Source: Pirellulales bacterium (GTDB taxonomy: Bacteria > Planctomycetota > Planctomycetia > Pirellulales > UBA1268). Taken from it: 64,000 nt of DNA. The stretch lies in NCBI GenBank assembly GCA_016776925.1, contig JADHSL010000010.1, positions 264-64,263 on the forward strand. Direction: 5' to 3'. The translations under genes were made by a program, and so were the position numbers. Positions 39,030 to 48,671 of the stretch are shown here, piece after piece; position 1 is the first letter of the stretch; every line of letters starts with the position of its first letter. The notes below the pieces were generated by a model. It worked only from the letters and a program-made list of their open reading frames with translations. It ran no database searches and was not told where the DNA came from.

Positions 39030-41795
39030 TTACGGAGACGCATGCGAGTCCACTCCTGACCCCGCAACTTCTTTCAGCGCACGTCGGATTGTCGCAAGAC
39101 GTTCTGAGTCTTCGACTTTTGCACCATCAAAATCGACAACGTGAAATGCATCAACAATCTGATCGAGATAGGTACTGATTTTTGCTGATCGCACGGAAAA
39201 CTGATGTTCGTAAAGCGTCCTCGATAGGGCAAGAAGAAGTCCGTCAGAATCCTCCGCAAAAACTTCGATAATTGTCCCATCGACAGAGGAGTCGTTGTCA
39301 ACCTGAACCCGTGGTGGCAACACTGCTGCAGCCTGTATTTCTGAAGCAAGGGGGTTCCACCTTCGTCTGATTGATGGCACTTCATTCTCTAGGCACGACT
39401 CAACAGCTTTCGAAATTTCTGACAACCGCCCCTCCGGAGCCGGACCCACAAAGTCTCTGTCGATAACACAAAAATGATCAATAAGGTATTCATCGTCGAG
39501 CGTATGAATGTCTGCCGATAGTATTTCAAGCCGCTGGCTAGCCAACCCTGCAGCTATTCTGTGGAACACACCTGATATCGAAGAGTCTCTCAAGCCGACT
39601 GTGACTGAAATTGTCGATGTATCGGTTTGCCATTGGACGGCGATGAATTGCCCGCCACGTGGCAGGTTGGTCAACTCGGTGAGTTCTTCGACAACACGCT
39701 TCGGCTCATACGACCGCAGAAAACCTCGAGGAAGGCCTGCAACAAGCCTCACCAGCGGGTCGCTATCATCGGCATCCGCGAGGAGAGAACTGATCTCCAT
39801 CCGTTTGAGATCAACGCCCCGGTCATTTGCATCAGGATCGAGAAATTGTAGCGTCCGATTATAAAGATCGCTAAGGAGTTCTGCCTTCCATTGGTTCCAG
39901 ACACCAGGTCCAACAGCTGCAATATCTGCCATTGTCAAAACCGTGAGGAGTCTCAGGATTTCAGGTGAACCAACCTCCCGGGCAAATGTGAGAATGAGTG
40001 AATCATCATCGACATTTCGTCTGAACGCGAGTTCTGCCATCAGAAGGTGCCTCAATACAAGAAACTCAAGCACCTCCGACTCACCGTCGTCGAGACCGAA
40101 CTGGAGGGCGACATCTCGCGCGATCTGTGCACCTACTTCACTGTGATCCCCTTCGTATCCTTTACCAAGATCATGAATTAACAGTGCGAGCAACAGAATC
40201 CGCCGCCTTCTCCCTACATGCCGCCATACATCACCGAGCCAGCCTGTTTCAGTATCGAGTTCACTTGCCTTTTCGACAGCCAGGAGACAATGCTCATCGA
40301 CTGTGTATTTATGGAAATTGTTAAACTGCAACAGACCTCGTGCGTGTGCAAAAGCTGGCAGCAACTGTTCAAGAAGTCGCAATTCATGAAGCCTGCGAAG
40401 TGCCGGACCGAGCGGGGCAACGACCGAGAAAAGACTGATAAACCGTTGACGGGCCTCCTCAGTAATTGGCGGAGAAAATCGTGCCACAGCCTGACGCAAG
40501 GCGGTCCAGTTCGTTGGTTCGATGGGTACCTCGTAAAGCATTGACAGTTCAACCAACCGGACAATTCGCTCCATGTCAGAGGTTACTGCATCCAAAGCAT
40601 TCGGCACGATAGCGACAGCCATCTGACCAACGACAAAACAACCATCAACTCGATTTCCAAATAACCCTGTCATCCAACTTCGTAGTCGGCGGCCACCCTC
40701 TGCCTGCTGTATCAACCCCCGCGTGACTTGGGCAACCTCGCGGGTATAGCCGAAATAGACTTGCATGAAGTGTTCGACACCCAGCATGCCTGCATCCGCA
40801 TAAAACCCTCGTTTGTCAGCAATGCGGACCTGTTCTTCCCGGGTCAGCTCATCACTCCCTCGGCCAGCCTGAATATGGAGCTCCACTCGGAGGTCTCGTA
40901 AAAAAACAAGGCACTGGCCAAGCACGTCGACGTCTGCATCTGAGAGACCTCGAGTCCGTTTGATCACTCGTCGACCATCAACAGAGATAACACTTTCGCC
41001 GTCCGGTAATGGTAGAGGTCCAAGAGGAAGCAGCCGATCAGACTCGAGAAACGAAAGCCATCTTGCCAGTTGAATATCCCGAATGCCACCAACTGAACGC
41101 TTGACATTAGGTTGAAGAAGATACACCGTTTCGCCATATTTCTTCGCTTCCTCTCTTCTCGCGGCCACAAGCATGCGGGCCATTTTCCGGCGGGAACGCT
41201 GAGCCATTGCTCGCAAACGTGCTACGAGCTTATGGCATCGTGCCGCATCACCCGCTAGCACACGAAGCTCCAGCAAGGAGCTGAAAATTGTCGCATCTTC
41301 AGCCGCCAACTGCGTAGCCTCGGCGACTGTTCGAACGCTCTGCCCAACCTCAAGACCTGCATCAAAAAGATCCCGCAAAAGCTGACTCGCAACGCCTGCA
41401 AATGCATCGCTCGAACCCACCGTCTCCTGTGACCCCGTGCTTGGAGATCTCACTGGCCCTTCAGGCATCGCGTTTTTATCGTGCAACAACATGAGGTCCA
41501 CATCAGACCCAGGTGTCATCTCACCACGTGCGTACCCACCATGGGCAACAACCGTCACACGTTTACCTACTTCCAGCCGATCACTCTCAGGCAATTCCTC
41601 CAGAATTGCGTCCCATATCTCTCGTACAGACCGATCTACTGCTTTGGTTCGCAACCGACAGAGCGACAAGCCGTCTTCACCAGCTGCGTGCTGCACTCTA
41701 ATGTCTTCGGCAACCTCCTTGAGCAAAGATGTCGCATCTTCGACGGACTGCCGAAGTATTCTCCCTGACTCATTACTTGCAACTGATTTGGTCAT
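39030..41795 (-). CDS. glnD: [Protein-PII] uridylyltransferase / uridylyl-removing enzyme
   Basis: Nucleotidyltransferase motif VVAHGGYARGEMTPGSDVDLML, HD domain LLALLIHDLGKG, and two ACT-like C-terminal segments. 921 aa. Confidence 0.9.
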   Translation of the reverse strand: MTKSVASNESGRILRQSVEDATSLLKEVAEDIRVQHAAGEDGLSLCRLRTKAVDRSVREIWDAILEELPESDRLEVGKRVTVVAHGGYARGEMTPGSDVDLMLLHDKNAMPEGPVRSPSTGSQETVGSSDAFAGVASQLLRDLFDAGLEVGQSVRTVAEATQLAAEDATIFSSLLELRVLAGDAARCHKLVARLRAMAQRSRRKMARMLVAARREEAKKYGETVYLLQPNVKRSVGGIRDIQLARWLSFLESDRLLPLGPLPLPDGESVISVDGRRVIKRTRGLSDADVDVLGQCLVFLRDLRVELHIQAGRGSDELTREEQVRIADKRGFYADAGMLGVEHFMQVYFGYTREVAQVTRGLIQQAEGGRRLRSWMTGLFGNRVDGCFVVGQMAVAIVPNALDAVTSDMERIVRLVELSMLYEVPIEPTNWTALRQAVARFSPPITEEARQRFISLFSVVAPLGPALRRLHELRLLEQLLPAFAHARGLLQFNNFHKYTVDEHCLLAVEKASELDTETGWLGDVWRHVGRRRRILLLALLIHDLGKGYEGDHSEVGAQIARDVALQFGLDDGESEVLEFLVLRHLLMAELAFRRNVDDDSLILTFAREVGSPEILRLLTVLTMADIAAVGPGVWNQWKAELLSDLYNRTLQFLDPDANDRGVDLKRMEISSLLADADDSDPLVRLVAGLPRGFLRSYEPKRVVEELTELTNLPRGGQFIAVQWQTDTSTISVTVGLRDSSISGVFHRIAAGLASQRLEILSADIHTLDDEYLIDHFCVIDRDFVGPAPEGRLSEISKAVESCLENEVPSIRRRWNPLASEIQAAAVLPPRVQVDNDSSVDGTIIEVFAEDSDGLLLALSRTLYEHQFSVRSAKISTYLDQIVDAFHVVDFDGAKVEDSERLATIRRALKEVAGSGVDSHASP

Positions 41796-42331
41796 GACGG
41801 GTGCCAGGGATCATCCACAACGTGTGCCTGTTTGTTTACCGTTCGGGCTAATACAAACAAAAGATCGCCCAAACGGTTCAAATATTCAATTGCATTGGCT
41901 GGTACCGTTGTCTCCAAACGACCCGCCAACGTAACAACCCGTCGCTCCGCGCGACGACACACTGTCCGGGCAACGTGCAAAGAGGCAGCAAGAGGACTTC
42001 CTGTCGGTAAAATAAAATTAGCGAGTGGCTCAAGATCCTCTTCATATTGATCAATCGCATTCTCAAGAGCCTGCACCTGAGACACTTTGATTCGTTCATC
42101 ATGGTCCCCTGGTGTAGCCAACTCCGCACCGAGCTCGAATAGATCACACTGGATTATCCTCAACAATTCATCAAACAGGTCAGCTGAGGGCTGTGCCCTG
42201 GCCATTCCAAGATGACTGTTGAGTTCATCAACTGTCCCAAAAGCCTCGATGCGTGCGTGATCTTTGGTCACCCGTGGACCGCCGAACAGACCCGTCTGCC
42301 CTGCATCTCCCGTTTTCGTATAAATTTTCAT
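41792..42331 (-). CDS. PduO-type ATP:cob(I)alamin adenosyltransferase
   Basis: MKIYTKTGDAGQTGLFGG...RIEAFGTVDELNSHLG. The start is taken at ATG 42331 and the track ORF extends to 42502. The stop overlaps the glnD ATG (ATGA at 41792-41795). Confidence 0.88.
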   Translation of the reverse strand: MKIYTKTGDAGQTGLFGGPRVTKDHARIEAFGTVDELNSHLGMARAQPSADLFDELLRIIQCDLFELGAELATPGDHDERIKVSQVQALENAIDQYEEDLEPLANFILPTGSPLAASLHVARTVCRRAERRVVTLAGRLETTVPANAIEYLNRLGDLLFVLARTVNKQAHVVDDPWHPS

Positions 42332-42478
42332 GCGTATCCTAGAAACTTCTTCAGTGCCGAGTGTGCTACGTGTTTCTATACTGTGAACTACTCTGGTTGA
42401 ATCTTTCAACCAGAACTCTATCCCAACCACCATTGTATTGGAGCCGATACCGTGAGGCCTCTCCAGAATCTGTTCTGC

Positions 42479-43585
42479 ATGCGATCGCAATCGCTGATCC
42501 AATTGCCTGCGATCCTGTTACTTAGCGCGTTTCCGGCCCTTGCTTCAGATTATGAGAATACATTTCTGTCACAACCTGTTCGAATTACCGCCGGCCTGTC
42601 AAAGGCTGGTGAGGGTTATTTTGCACAGGACATGAGCCGCATCTGCTACCAAGGCGTCCCAACGGACAAACCGTTTTACCAGATTTTTATCCAGCCGTTT
42701 GCGTCATCCAATCCCAGAATCCTAGAACCTTTTCGAGTGAGTACCGGAAAAGGTAGGACAACATGTGCATGGTTTTCTCCGAACGGAAGACAACTGCTCT
42801 TTGCTTCAAGTCACCTTGACCCCAACGTCGAGCAAACCGAGGAGAATGCACAGGCTCAGGCCAAGGCGGATGCACTCGCAGGTAGACGCCGGCGATACCA
42901 GTGGGACTTCGACCCACACATGGATCTATTTGTCGCGGACTTGGATAAACCGGGCCCCCTTAAGCAGCTCACCGACACACCAGGCTATGACGCCGAATGC
43001 TCATTCTCCCCAGACGGAACGCAGCTGCTTTTCGTGAGTGATCGAGACGGTGACCCTGACATCTATGTTGCACATGCGGATGGAAGTCATGTCCAACAAT
43101 TGACAAACCACCCCGGTTATGACGGAGGACCATTTTTCTCTCCAGATGGCCAGTGGATTGCATATCGAACAGACCGCCAAGAGAAAGACCTTCTGCAAAT
43201 TCATATTATGAAAGCTGATGGCACCAGCGATGTCTCAATCACCAAAGGCCGGAGTGTTCATTGGGCACCGTACTGGCACCCCACAAAGCCCTGGCTGATC
43301 TGGACGGGTGCGGATCATTCTGATCCGACGGTGCGTCCCAACTATGATCTCTGGCTCGTGCAGTACGAAGCCGACCAACTTTCGATAGAATGCGGCAGCC
43401 CTTTACGGATAACCGACCACCCGGGCGCCGATGTTCTCCCTGTCTTTTCACCAGACGGCAAACTTCTCATGTGGACCGCGAGTCGTGAAACTGAGGCCGG
43501 CAGGAAGCCAACAAGTCAGCTGTATGTAAGTACAATCAGGACTGACAGTATTGAAGAAGCTCTACGTACAACTACAAATCATTGA
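42479..43585 (+). CDS. TolB-like periplasmic beta-propeller (PD40 repeat) protein
   Basis: Signal peptide MRSQSLIQLPAILLLSAFPALASD. Repeated PD40-like units: SPNGRQLLFAS, SPDGTQLLFVSDRDG, SPDGQWIAYRTDR, SPDGKLLMWTASR. Confidence 0.75.
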   Translation: MRSQSLIQLPAILLLSAFPALASDYENTFLSQPVRITAGLSKAGEGYFAQDMSRICYQGVPTDKPFYQIFIQPFASSNPRILEPFRVSTGKGRTTCAWFSPNGRQLLFASSHLDPNVEQTEENAQAQAKADALAGRRRRYQWDFDPHMDLFVADLDKPGPLKQLTDTPGYDAECSFSPDGTQLLFVSDRDGDPDIYVAHADGSHVQQLTNHPGYDGGPFFSPDGQWIAYRTDRQEKDLLQIHIMKADGTSDVSITKGRSVHWAPYWHPTKPWLIWTGADHSDPTVRPNYDLWLVQYEADQLSIECGSPLRITDHPGADVLPVFSPDGKLLMWTASRETEAGRKPTSQLYVSTIRTDSIEEALRTTTNH

Positions 43586-43608
43586 CCGAACCGTGAGGAT
43601 TTATCGCC

Positions 43609-44433
43609 ATGACACCCTTTGAAGATTCAATTGCCCTCATTGGAGCAGGGCAGATGGGGCAGGCTCTCGCCCACGGGTTCTGCAATTCCGGAGAATGCGA
43701 TCCAACTGCAGTCATCGCTTACGACCCGAGTCTCGCTGCACAGAAAAATCTTCAGAACTCAATTCCTGGCGTGCGACTGACAAAAACCCCTTCTGAAGCG
43801 ACTCGTGCCGCTCGATACGTCATTCTCGCAGTGAAACCCCAACACGCCGCGAGTGTGTGCCACGAAATACAGCCGGCTCTTCAGGACGGTACGATTGTCA
43901 TTTCGATTATTGCGGGACTGCCAACAACCTGGCTTTCTGCCAAACTGAAAACATCTCATGTTGTCCGAGTCATGCCCAACACACCATGCCTGATCGGCCA
44001 AGGGGTCTCGGCTATTTCAACTCCACCGGAACTCGACCCGAAAGACTCTGAAACGATTCAACGACTCTTTTCAACCGTTGGGGTTGTTCATAATGTTCCC
44101 GAATCGCTCCTCGATGCTGTCACGGCTGTATCGGGATCTGGCCCTGGTTACGTTGCGCTCCTGATTGATGCCCTCGCCGACGGTGGCGTACAGGCAGGCC
44201 TCCCTCGACAACTCGCCTTGGATCTCGCCGTCCAAACATTTGCCGGGACAGCCACCCTAATCGCAGATACTGGTGATCATCCAGCGGTCGTGAAAGACCG
44301 GGTGAGCAGTCCAGGCGGAACAACAGTAGCTGGTCTTTCAGTCCTCGAAAGAAAAGGCGTCCGGGGTGCTCTTGCTGACGCAGTGGCTGCCGCGGCAGAT
44401 CGTTCGGCCGCACTGGCACGTTCCATTACGTAG
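43609..44433 (+). CDS. proC: Pyrroline-5-carboxylate reductase
   Basis: IALIGAGQMGQAL (NADP fold), AVSGSGPGYV and SSPGGTTVAGL. Confidence 0.93.
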   Translation: MTPFEDSIALIGAGQMGQALAHGFCNSGECDPTAVIAYDPSLAAQKNLQNSIPGVRLTKTPSEATRAARYVILAVKPQHAASVCHEIQPALQDGTIVISIIAGLPTTWLSAKLKTSHVVRVMPNTPCLIGQGVSAISTPPELDPKDSETIQRLFSTVGVVHNVPESLLDAVTAVSGSGPGYVALLIDALADGGVQAGLPRQLALDLAVQTFAGTATLIADTGDHPAVVKDRVSSPGGTTVAGLSVLERKGVRGALADAVAAAADRSAALARSIT

Positions 44434-44482
44434 CCGGCTGGGCATGTTTTCGTAGTTTGTGCATCCTGCTGAGCCACCGAAC

Positions 44483-44794
44483 TTACCGGCGGCCACGACC
44501 GGACTTCTTCTTTTTTGCTTTCTTGGCGACTGGTTTCTTCTTGCTTGCCTTTGCCTTTTTCACACCAGTCTTGGTTTTTACTGCCCCTGTTTTCTTCTTG
44601 GGGGATGCTTTTTTCTTCGCTACTTTCTTCTTTGTCGCTTGCTTTTTCTTCGGTGCAGTCTTCTTTACTGCAGCTTTCTTCACAGAACGCTTTTTATTTA
44701 TTGAAAATTTCTTCGCGGCCTTCCGTTCGCTACCAAAAATATTTTCCCAGCCCACGGCGTAATCAGTCGTAGATCCAACTCGAATGACCGACAT
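44483..44794 (-). CDS. Lys/Ala-rich histone-H1-like basic protein
   Basis: The ~30-aa N-terminal segment MSVIRVGSTTDYAVGWENIFG is followed by ~70 aa of KKxA/KKKP repeats (KKAAVKKTAPKKKQATKKKVAKKKASPKKKTGAVKTKTGVKKAKASKKKPVAKKAKKKK). The other ORFs at this locus (44457-44772 plus strand) are low-complexity shadows. Confidence 0.6.
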   Translation of the reverse strand: MSVIRVGSTTDYAVGWENIFGSERKAAKKFSINKKRSVKKAAVKKTAPKKKQATKKKVAKKKASPKKKTGAVKTKTGVKKAKASKKKPVAKKAKKKKSGRGRR

Positions 44795-44901
44795 GCTTCC
44801 CTCTTCTCTCCATTATCTACTGAGCGAATTGCCCACATCGAACCATCCAGCCTTTTTTGGCTGTTCATACAGCTTCGCTGGAAAAATGAATGTACCAACT
44901 C

Positions 44902-45270
44902 TTATCCAATTTTTAAGCCGACTTTCCCAAAATCTAGTGGCAGGAGAACTCGGTCAGATGTGAGCCGGCCAGATGTGATCTCCACAAACCATTTCATGGT
45001 GCTACACACAGGACGGTCCGACTGACAGAAAACCAGGGTATTCCGCTGACACAGCTGTTCGGAGATACATACGTGTCCAGCCTCGTAGTCAGGTTCAACA
45101 AGAGAATTGCCATTGAGCCACATGTTACGAAGACGGCATGGGTCTGCAACAAGATACACCTGTACGTCGGAGTCGATATTTGACGGTTTTTGAAACCAAC
45201 GCACCCAGGCGATGCATTCATCTGGCACAACGTGTCGTTCCCACGCCCGTTCAAGACTAATTTCGTGCAT
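44902..45270 (-). CDS. Hypothetical protein (122 aa)
   Basis: The ORF overlaps the stop of the upstream oxidoreductase by 14 nt. No motif recognised. Confidence 0.3.
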   Translation of the reverse strand: MHEISLERAWERHVVPDECIAWVRWFQKPSNIDSDVQVYLVADPCRLRNMWLNGNSLVEPDYEAGHVCISEQLCQRNTLVFCQSDRPVCSTMKWFVEITSGRLTSDRVLLPLDFGKVGLKIG

Positions 45271-46357
45271 TTTGGCCTGCTACCTTCTTCTTTCCTGGAA
45301 GCACAACAGCCCGCCCCTTAATGTGGCCAGATCGCATGTTGCGCGCCCAATCACCCACTTCTTGCAGGCCAATCTGCCGCACCGGAAAAGAAGCACTTAC
45401 AAGTGGCCAAAGCACGGCTAGTTTTGACCAGAGTTCTCGTCGTTTTGCACGAGACGGAAGACCGGCTGCATCAATGCCTGCGAGTGTTATTCCTCTGAGA
45501 ATAAATGGGTATACAGTCGTTGGAAGACCAACTCCACCAGCGTTACCGATACTGCCAACAGCTCCGCCCGGCGCAACCACTCGAAGAATATCAGCGAGCA
45601 AATCGCCTCCAACTGTGTCGATTGCGGCAAGATAGCGAGCACTCGATAATGGTTTTTTATCAGTAGGAAGGGCCTCTTGCGGTGACTGCACAGCAGACGC
45701 ACCGAGCGACATCAACACATCCGTCAGGGTTTCTTTGCGGGTGCAGGCTATGACTTGAAACCCTGCCAATGCAGTCGCCGCCACCGCCAGCATGCCCACG
45801 CCACCACTTGCGCCAGTGACAAGCCACGGCAATGGGTCATCCTGTTGAATGCGTGACTGATACTCCCAATCAATGACTGCCCGCAGCCGTTCAACCGCCA
45901 GTATTGCGGTAAGCCCTGCCGTTCCCATGGCCATTGCCGCGGTGGCAGAAAGACTTTCCGGTCTTTGGATGATTGCTGCTGGAGGGGCCCATACTTCAGT
46001 CGCAAACCCACCCTGTACCGATTCACCAAGCCCGTTACCCGTTGCCACAACGGGGGTTCCAGCAGCATATCCTTCAAAGGCCGACCGCAGTGTGCCTGCT
46101 ACATCTATGCCTGGCACAAGAGGTAACGTCCGCGCAACACCCGGATGTGCGTCACACGCCAAAGCATCTTTATAATTAAACCCAGCGGCCTCGACATCGA
46201 TGCATGCAAACTCCTCAGGATGACCGCCGGGCAGGGGGGAAACTCCCGATTGCACACCACCATCAGCCCCGCGATTCACGACCCAACCACAGGGCCCACT
46301 ACCAGTCTGCTTATTCGTCATCACCGTTTGTATCTTTCTGGTTTGAATCCGGCTCAA
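45257..46357 (-). CDS. MDR-superfamily NADPH:quinone/acrylyl-CoA reductase, YhdH/AcuI-like
   Basis: FNYKDALA...LVPGIDVAGTL, GTAGLTA, LVTGASGGVG, AIDTVGG and LPTTVYPFILRGITLAGID parallel E. coli YhdH block by block. An alternative ATG lies at 46321. Confidence 0.85.
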   Translation of the reverse strand: MSRIQTRKIQTVMTNKQTGSGPCGWVVNRGADGGVQSGVSPLPGGHPEEFACIDVEAAGFNYKDALACDAHPGVARTLPLVPGIDVAGTLRSAFEGYAAGTPVVATGNGLGESVQGGFATEVWAPPAAIIQRPESLSATAAMAMGTAGLTAILAVERLRAVIDWEYQSRIQQDDPLPWLVTGASGGVGMLAVAATALAGFQVIACTRKETLTDVLMSLGASAVQSPQEALPTDKKPLSSARYLAAIDTVGGDLLADILRVVAPGGAVGSIGNAGGVGLPTTVYPFILRGITLAGIDAAGLPSRAKRRELWSKLAVLWPLVSASFPVRQIGLQEVGDWARNMRSGHIKGRAVVLPGKKKVAGQNARN

Positions 46358-46529
46358 ATACAGCCAGTACGGAATGCGAAATTTACCTCAACGTACTCAG
46401 GGAACATTTTGCACATTCCTGCTATACTATGAAAATTAATGATGACATATGTGGAAATGGAGAGCGTAGCACTTGCTGCTTCGCCTGCACCACAAGCAAC
46501 CACTCTCTCTTCCCCAACAGGAGAAAACA

Positions 46530-46859
46530 ATGGGAAATGCGATGGAGTTCACCGACGCCAATTTTCAGCAGGATGTTCTTGATTCAGATGTGCCGGTATT
46601 GGTTGACTTTTGGGCCCCTTGGTGCGGGCCATGCCGAATGATTACCCCAGTGATCGAAGAACTTGCCTCAGAAAACGCAGGCACTTTTCGAGTTGGCAAA
46701 GTCAATGTGGATGACAACGGCAGCCTTGCGATGAACTACAACGTGTCAAGCATTCCTGCGATAATGATTTTCAAGGGCGGACAGCTGGTTAACCAGTTCA
46801 TGGGTGTCCAGTCGAAGGAGAAACTGCAACAGGCACTTGATGAGGCAAAGTCGGCATAG
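46530..46859 (+). CDS. trxA: Thioredoxin
   Basis: [16 protein letters not shown]...VGKVNVDDN...[14 protein letters not shown] 46530 is preceded by the GGAG-like sequence caggagaaaaca. Confidence 0.95.
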   Translation: MGNAMEFTDANFQQDVLDSDVPVLVDFWAPWCGPCRMITPVIEELASENAGTFRVGKVNVDDNGSLAMNYNVSSIPAIMIFKGGQLVNQFMGVQSKEKLQQALDEAKSA

Positions 46860-48423
46860 CGTTTGCCGGCGGCCGAGTTGTTCTAGAACGTGTATCAATT
46901 GTGCCACGGCCTCGATGTGGACCAAGCGTACCAACCTTCTCGACGAGTCCATCATCAACAAACCCTGCAAGATCGGCATGGAAGCCAGGTTGCCGTAGCT
47001 TTTCCACGGCCTTGGCCTCAATCTGCCGAACGCGTTCGCGTGTGACACCAAAAATTGTGCCGACCTCTTCAAGCGTATAACAGCACCCATCCGCCAGACC
47101 AAACCGAAGCCTGAGAATTTCTCTCTCTCGATAGGAGAGGGCGTCGAGGACCTTCCCCAACGATGCTTTTAACGCATGTTGATTCATGCCCCGCAGCGGA
47201 TCATCTTCGTGACTATCACGAACAAAGTCACCAGCGGCGTTTTCCTCACTCTCACCTAATGGCTGATCGAGTGAAACCAGCCGGTGTGCCATACGTTCGA
47301 TGCAACACACGTCATCCAGTGGCATTCCAGAGCATTCGGCCAGTTCTTCAACGCTTGGCTCTCGGCCATTTTCCTGTAGAAATTCACGAGACAGGTTTCG
47401 TAATTTCCCCATCGCATCAACCATGTGTACGGGCATTCGAATAGTACGACTCTGATCAGCGATAGCTCTGGTAATAGCCTGACGAATCCACCAAGTCGCA
47501 TATGTTGAGAACTTGAACCCACGGGCATGTTCAAATTTATCAACAGCTCTCATCAACCCTGCATTTCCTTCCTGAATAAGATCAAGGAATGCCAGCCCAC
47601 GGTTCCTGTATCTCTTGGCAATTGAGATGACAAGACGCAAGTTGCCAGCAGCAAGCTGCCGTTTTGCAGCATCATACTGTTCTTCATAGGTTTTCAGTCG
47701 TCTGAGACGTCGGCGGAGTGTTCGCCGTGACTCGCCCAAGCCAACGAAGAGGCGGCGGCGTTCCTGAGGTCTCATTTCGCCAGCTTGACTTGCGAGATCA
47801 CGGAGTTGTTTGAGCATTGGATCAAGTCTTTGAATCCGTAAACGCATTTCTTCAACCAGACGAACCGCTTTTCCACGTTGTCGCACCAGTTGTCGCCAGA
47901 CTTTTCGGCGGACGGACAAGGGATGCGTCGTCGACGTCGCCTGACGAAAAAGCTTCTGGTTTTCAGAAATAATCCTGCGGAGGGTTTCAAGATTTGGGCC
48001 GAGACGTTTTAACAGGCGTCGCTTCTCATCTGTGTTTGTCACAGAGACTTCAAGGGTGCGATCAAGACGAACGGTCCCAGCCTCCACCCGTTCAAGAAGC
48101 TTGACTGCTGCTCTGAGCACCAAGTCGTTCCCAAGCAACTCATGACGATACCGACGACGCCACAGCTCGATCCGACGTGCGCTCTCCACTTCGCCATCGC
48201 GGTCGAGGAGAGGGATTCCACCCATTTGGAGAAGATACAGGCGTATCGGATCATCGATGGCCTGATTGGACTGACGGGTCGTTCCGCTCTGGGTACTCCG
48301 TTGGCTTGATGAGATGACAGTAGATGGGGACATAAGAGCTCTCTTCATGGACTGGGAGTGGGGGTCTGAACAACCAACGAACAAACGCCCGTGTCTTCTG
48401 ACCACACCACTGACTTGTTGCAT
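46798..48423 (-). CDS. RNA polymerase sigma-70 family factor, RpoD-like (group 1/2), with ~70-aa C-terminal extension
   Basis: Region 1.2 [16 protein letters not shown], region 2 [43 protein letters not shown], region 4.2 [19 protein letters not shown]. No long acidic region 1.1. The N-terminal start is uncertain. Confidence 0.88.
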   Translation of the reverse strand: MQQVSGVVRRHGRLFVGCSDPHSQSMKRALMSPSTVISSSQRSTQSGTTRQSNQAIDDPIRLYLLQMGGIPLLDRDGEVESARRIELWRRRYRHELLGNDLVLRAAVKLLERVEAGTVRLDRTLEVSVTNTDEKRRLLKRLGPNLETLRRIISENQKLFRQATSTTHPLSVRRKVWRQLVRQRGKAVRLVEEMRLRIQRLDPMLKQLRDLASQAGEMRPQERRRLFVGLGESRRTLRRRLRRLKTYEEQYDAAKRQLAAGNLRLVISIAKRYRNRGLAFLDLIQEGNAGLMRAVDKFEHARGFKFSTYATWWIRQAITRAIADQSRTIRMPVHMVDAMGKLRNLSREFLQENGREPSVEELAECSGMPLDDVCCIERMAHRLVSLDQPLGESEENAAGDFVRDSHEDDPLRGMNQHALKASLGKVLDALSYREREILRLRFGLADGCCYTLEEVGTIFGVTRERVRQIEAKAVEKLRQPGFHADLAGFVDDGLVEKVGTLGPHRGRGTIDTRSRTTRPPANAMPTLPHQVPVAVSPSTGHP

Positions 48424-48671
48424 TCGCTATGCCGAGCCCACGCGCGAGGGGCCCGGAAAACCGCGAACCTGCTTGTTTCGCCTTGAAAATAAAGGCCTGA
48501 AGGTCCCGAAATAGGTGGAACGCCCCACCAATTCTGAATCTCGTGTTGCCTTTGGGCGACACGGCAACCCATGACCGTTGCCAAAAAACAGCAAATTTCC
48601 CCAAAAACTGCTCTCGATCTCAGACCTAGTGCACTGGCTATACTGCGACTACCCCAGGGCGGAGTCCCCTT

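Noticed and set aside
44457-44772. T/C-rich low-complexity DNA with several overlapping plus-strand ORFs, considered as a microsatellite or repeat array
   Set aside because: The repeats are imperfect and correspond to AAG/AAA/GCN codons of the Lys/Ala-rich protein on the minus strand. There is no spacer-repeat organisation, so it is not a CRISPR array.
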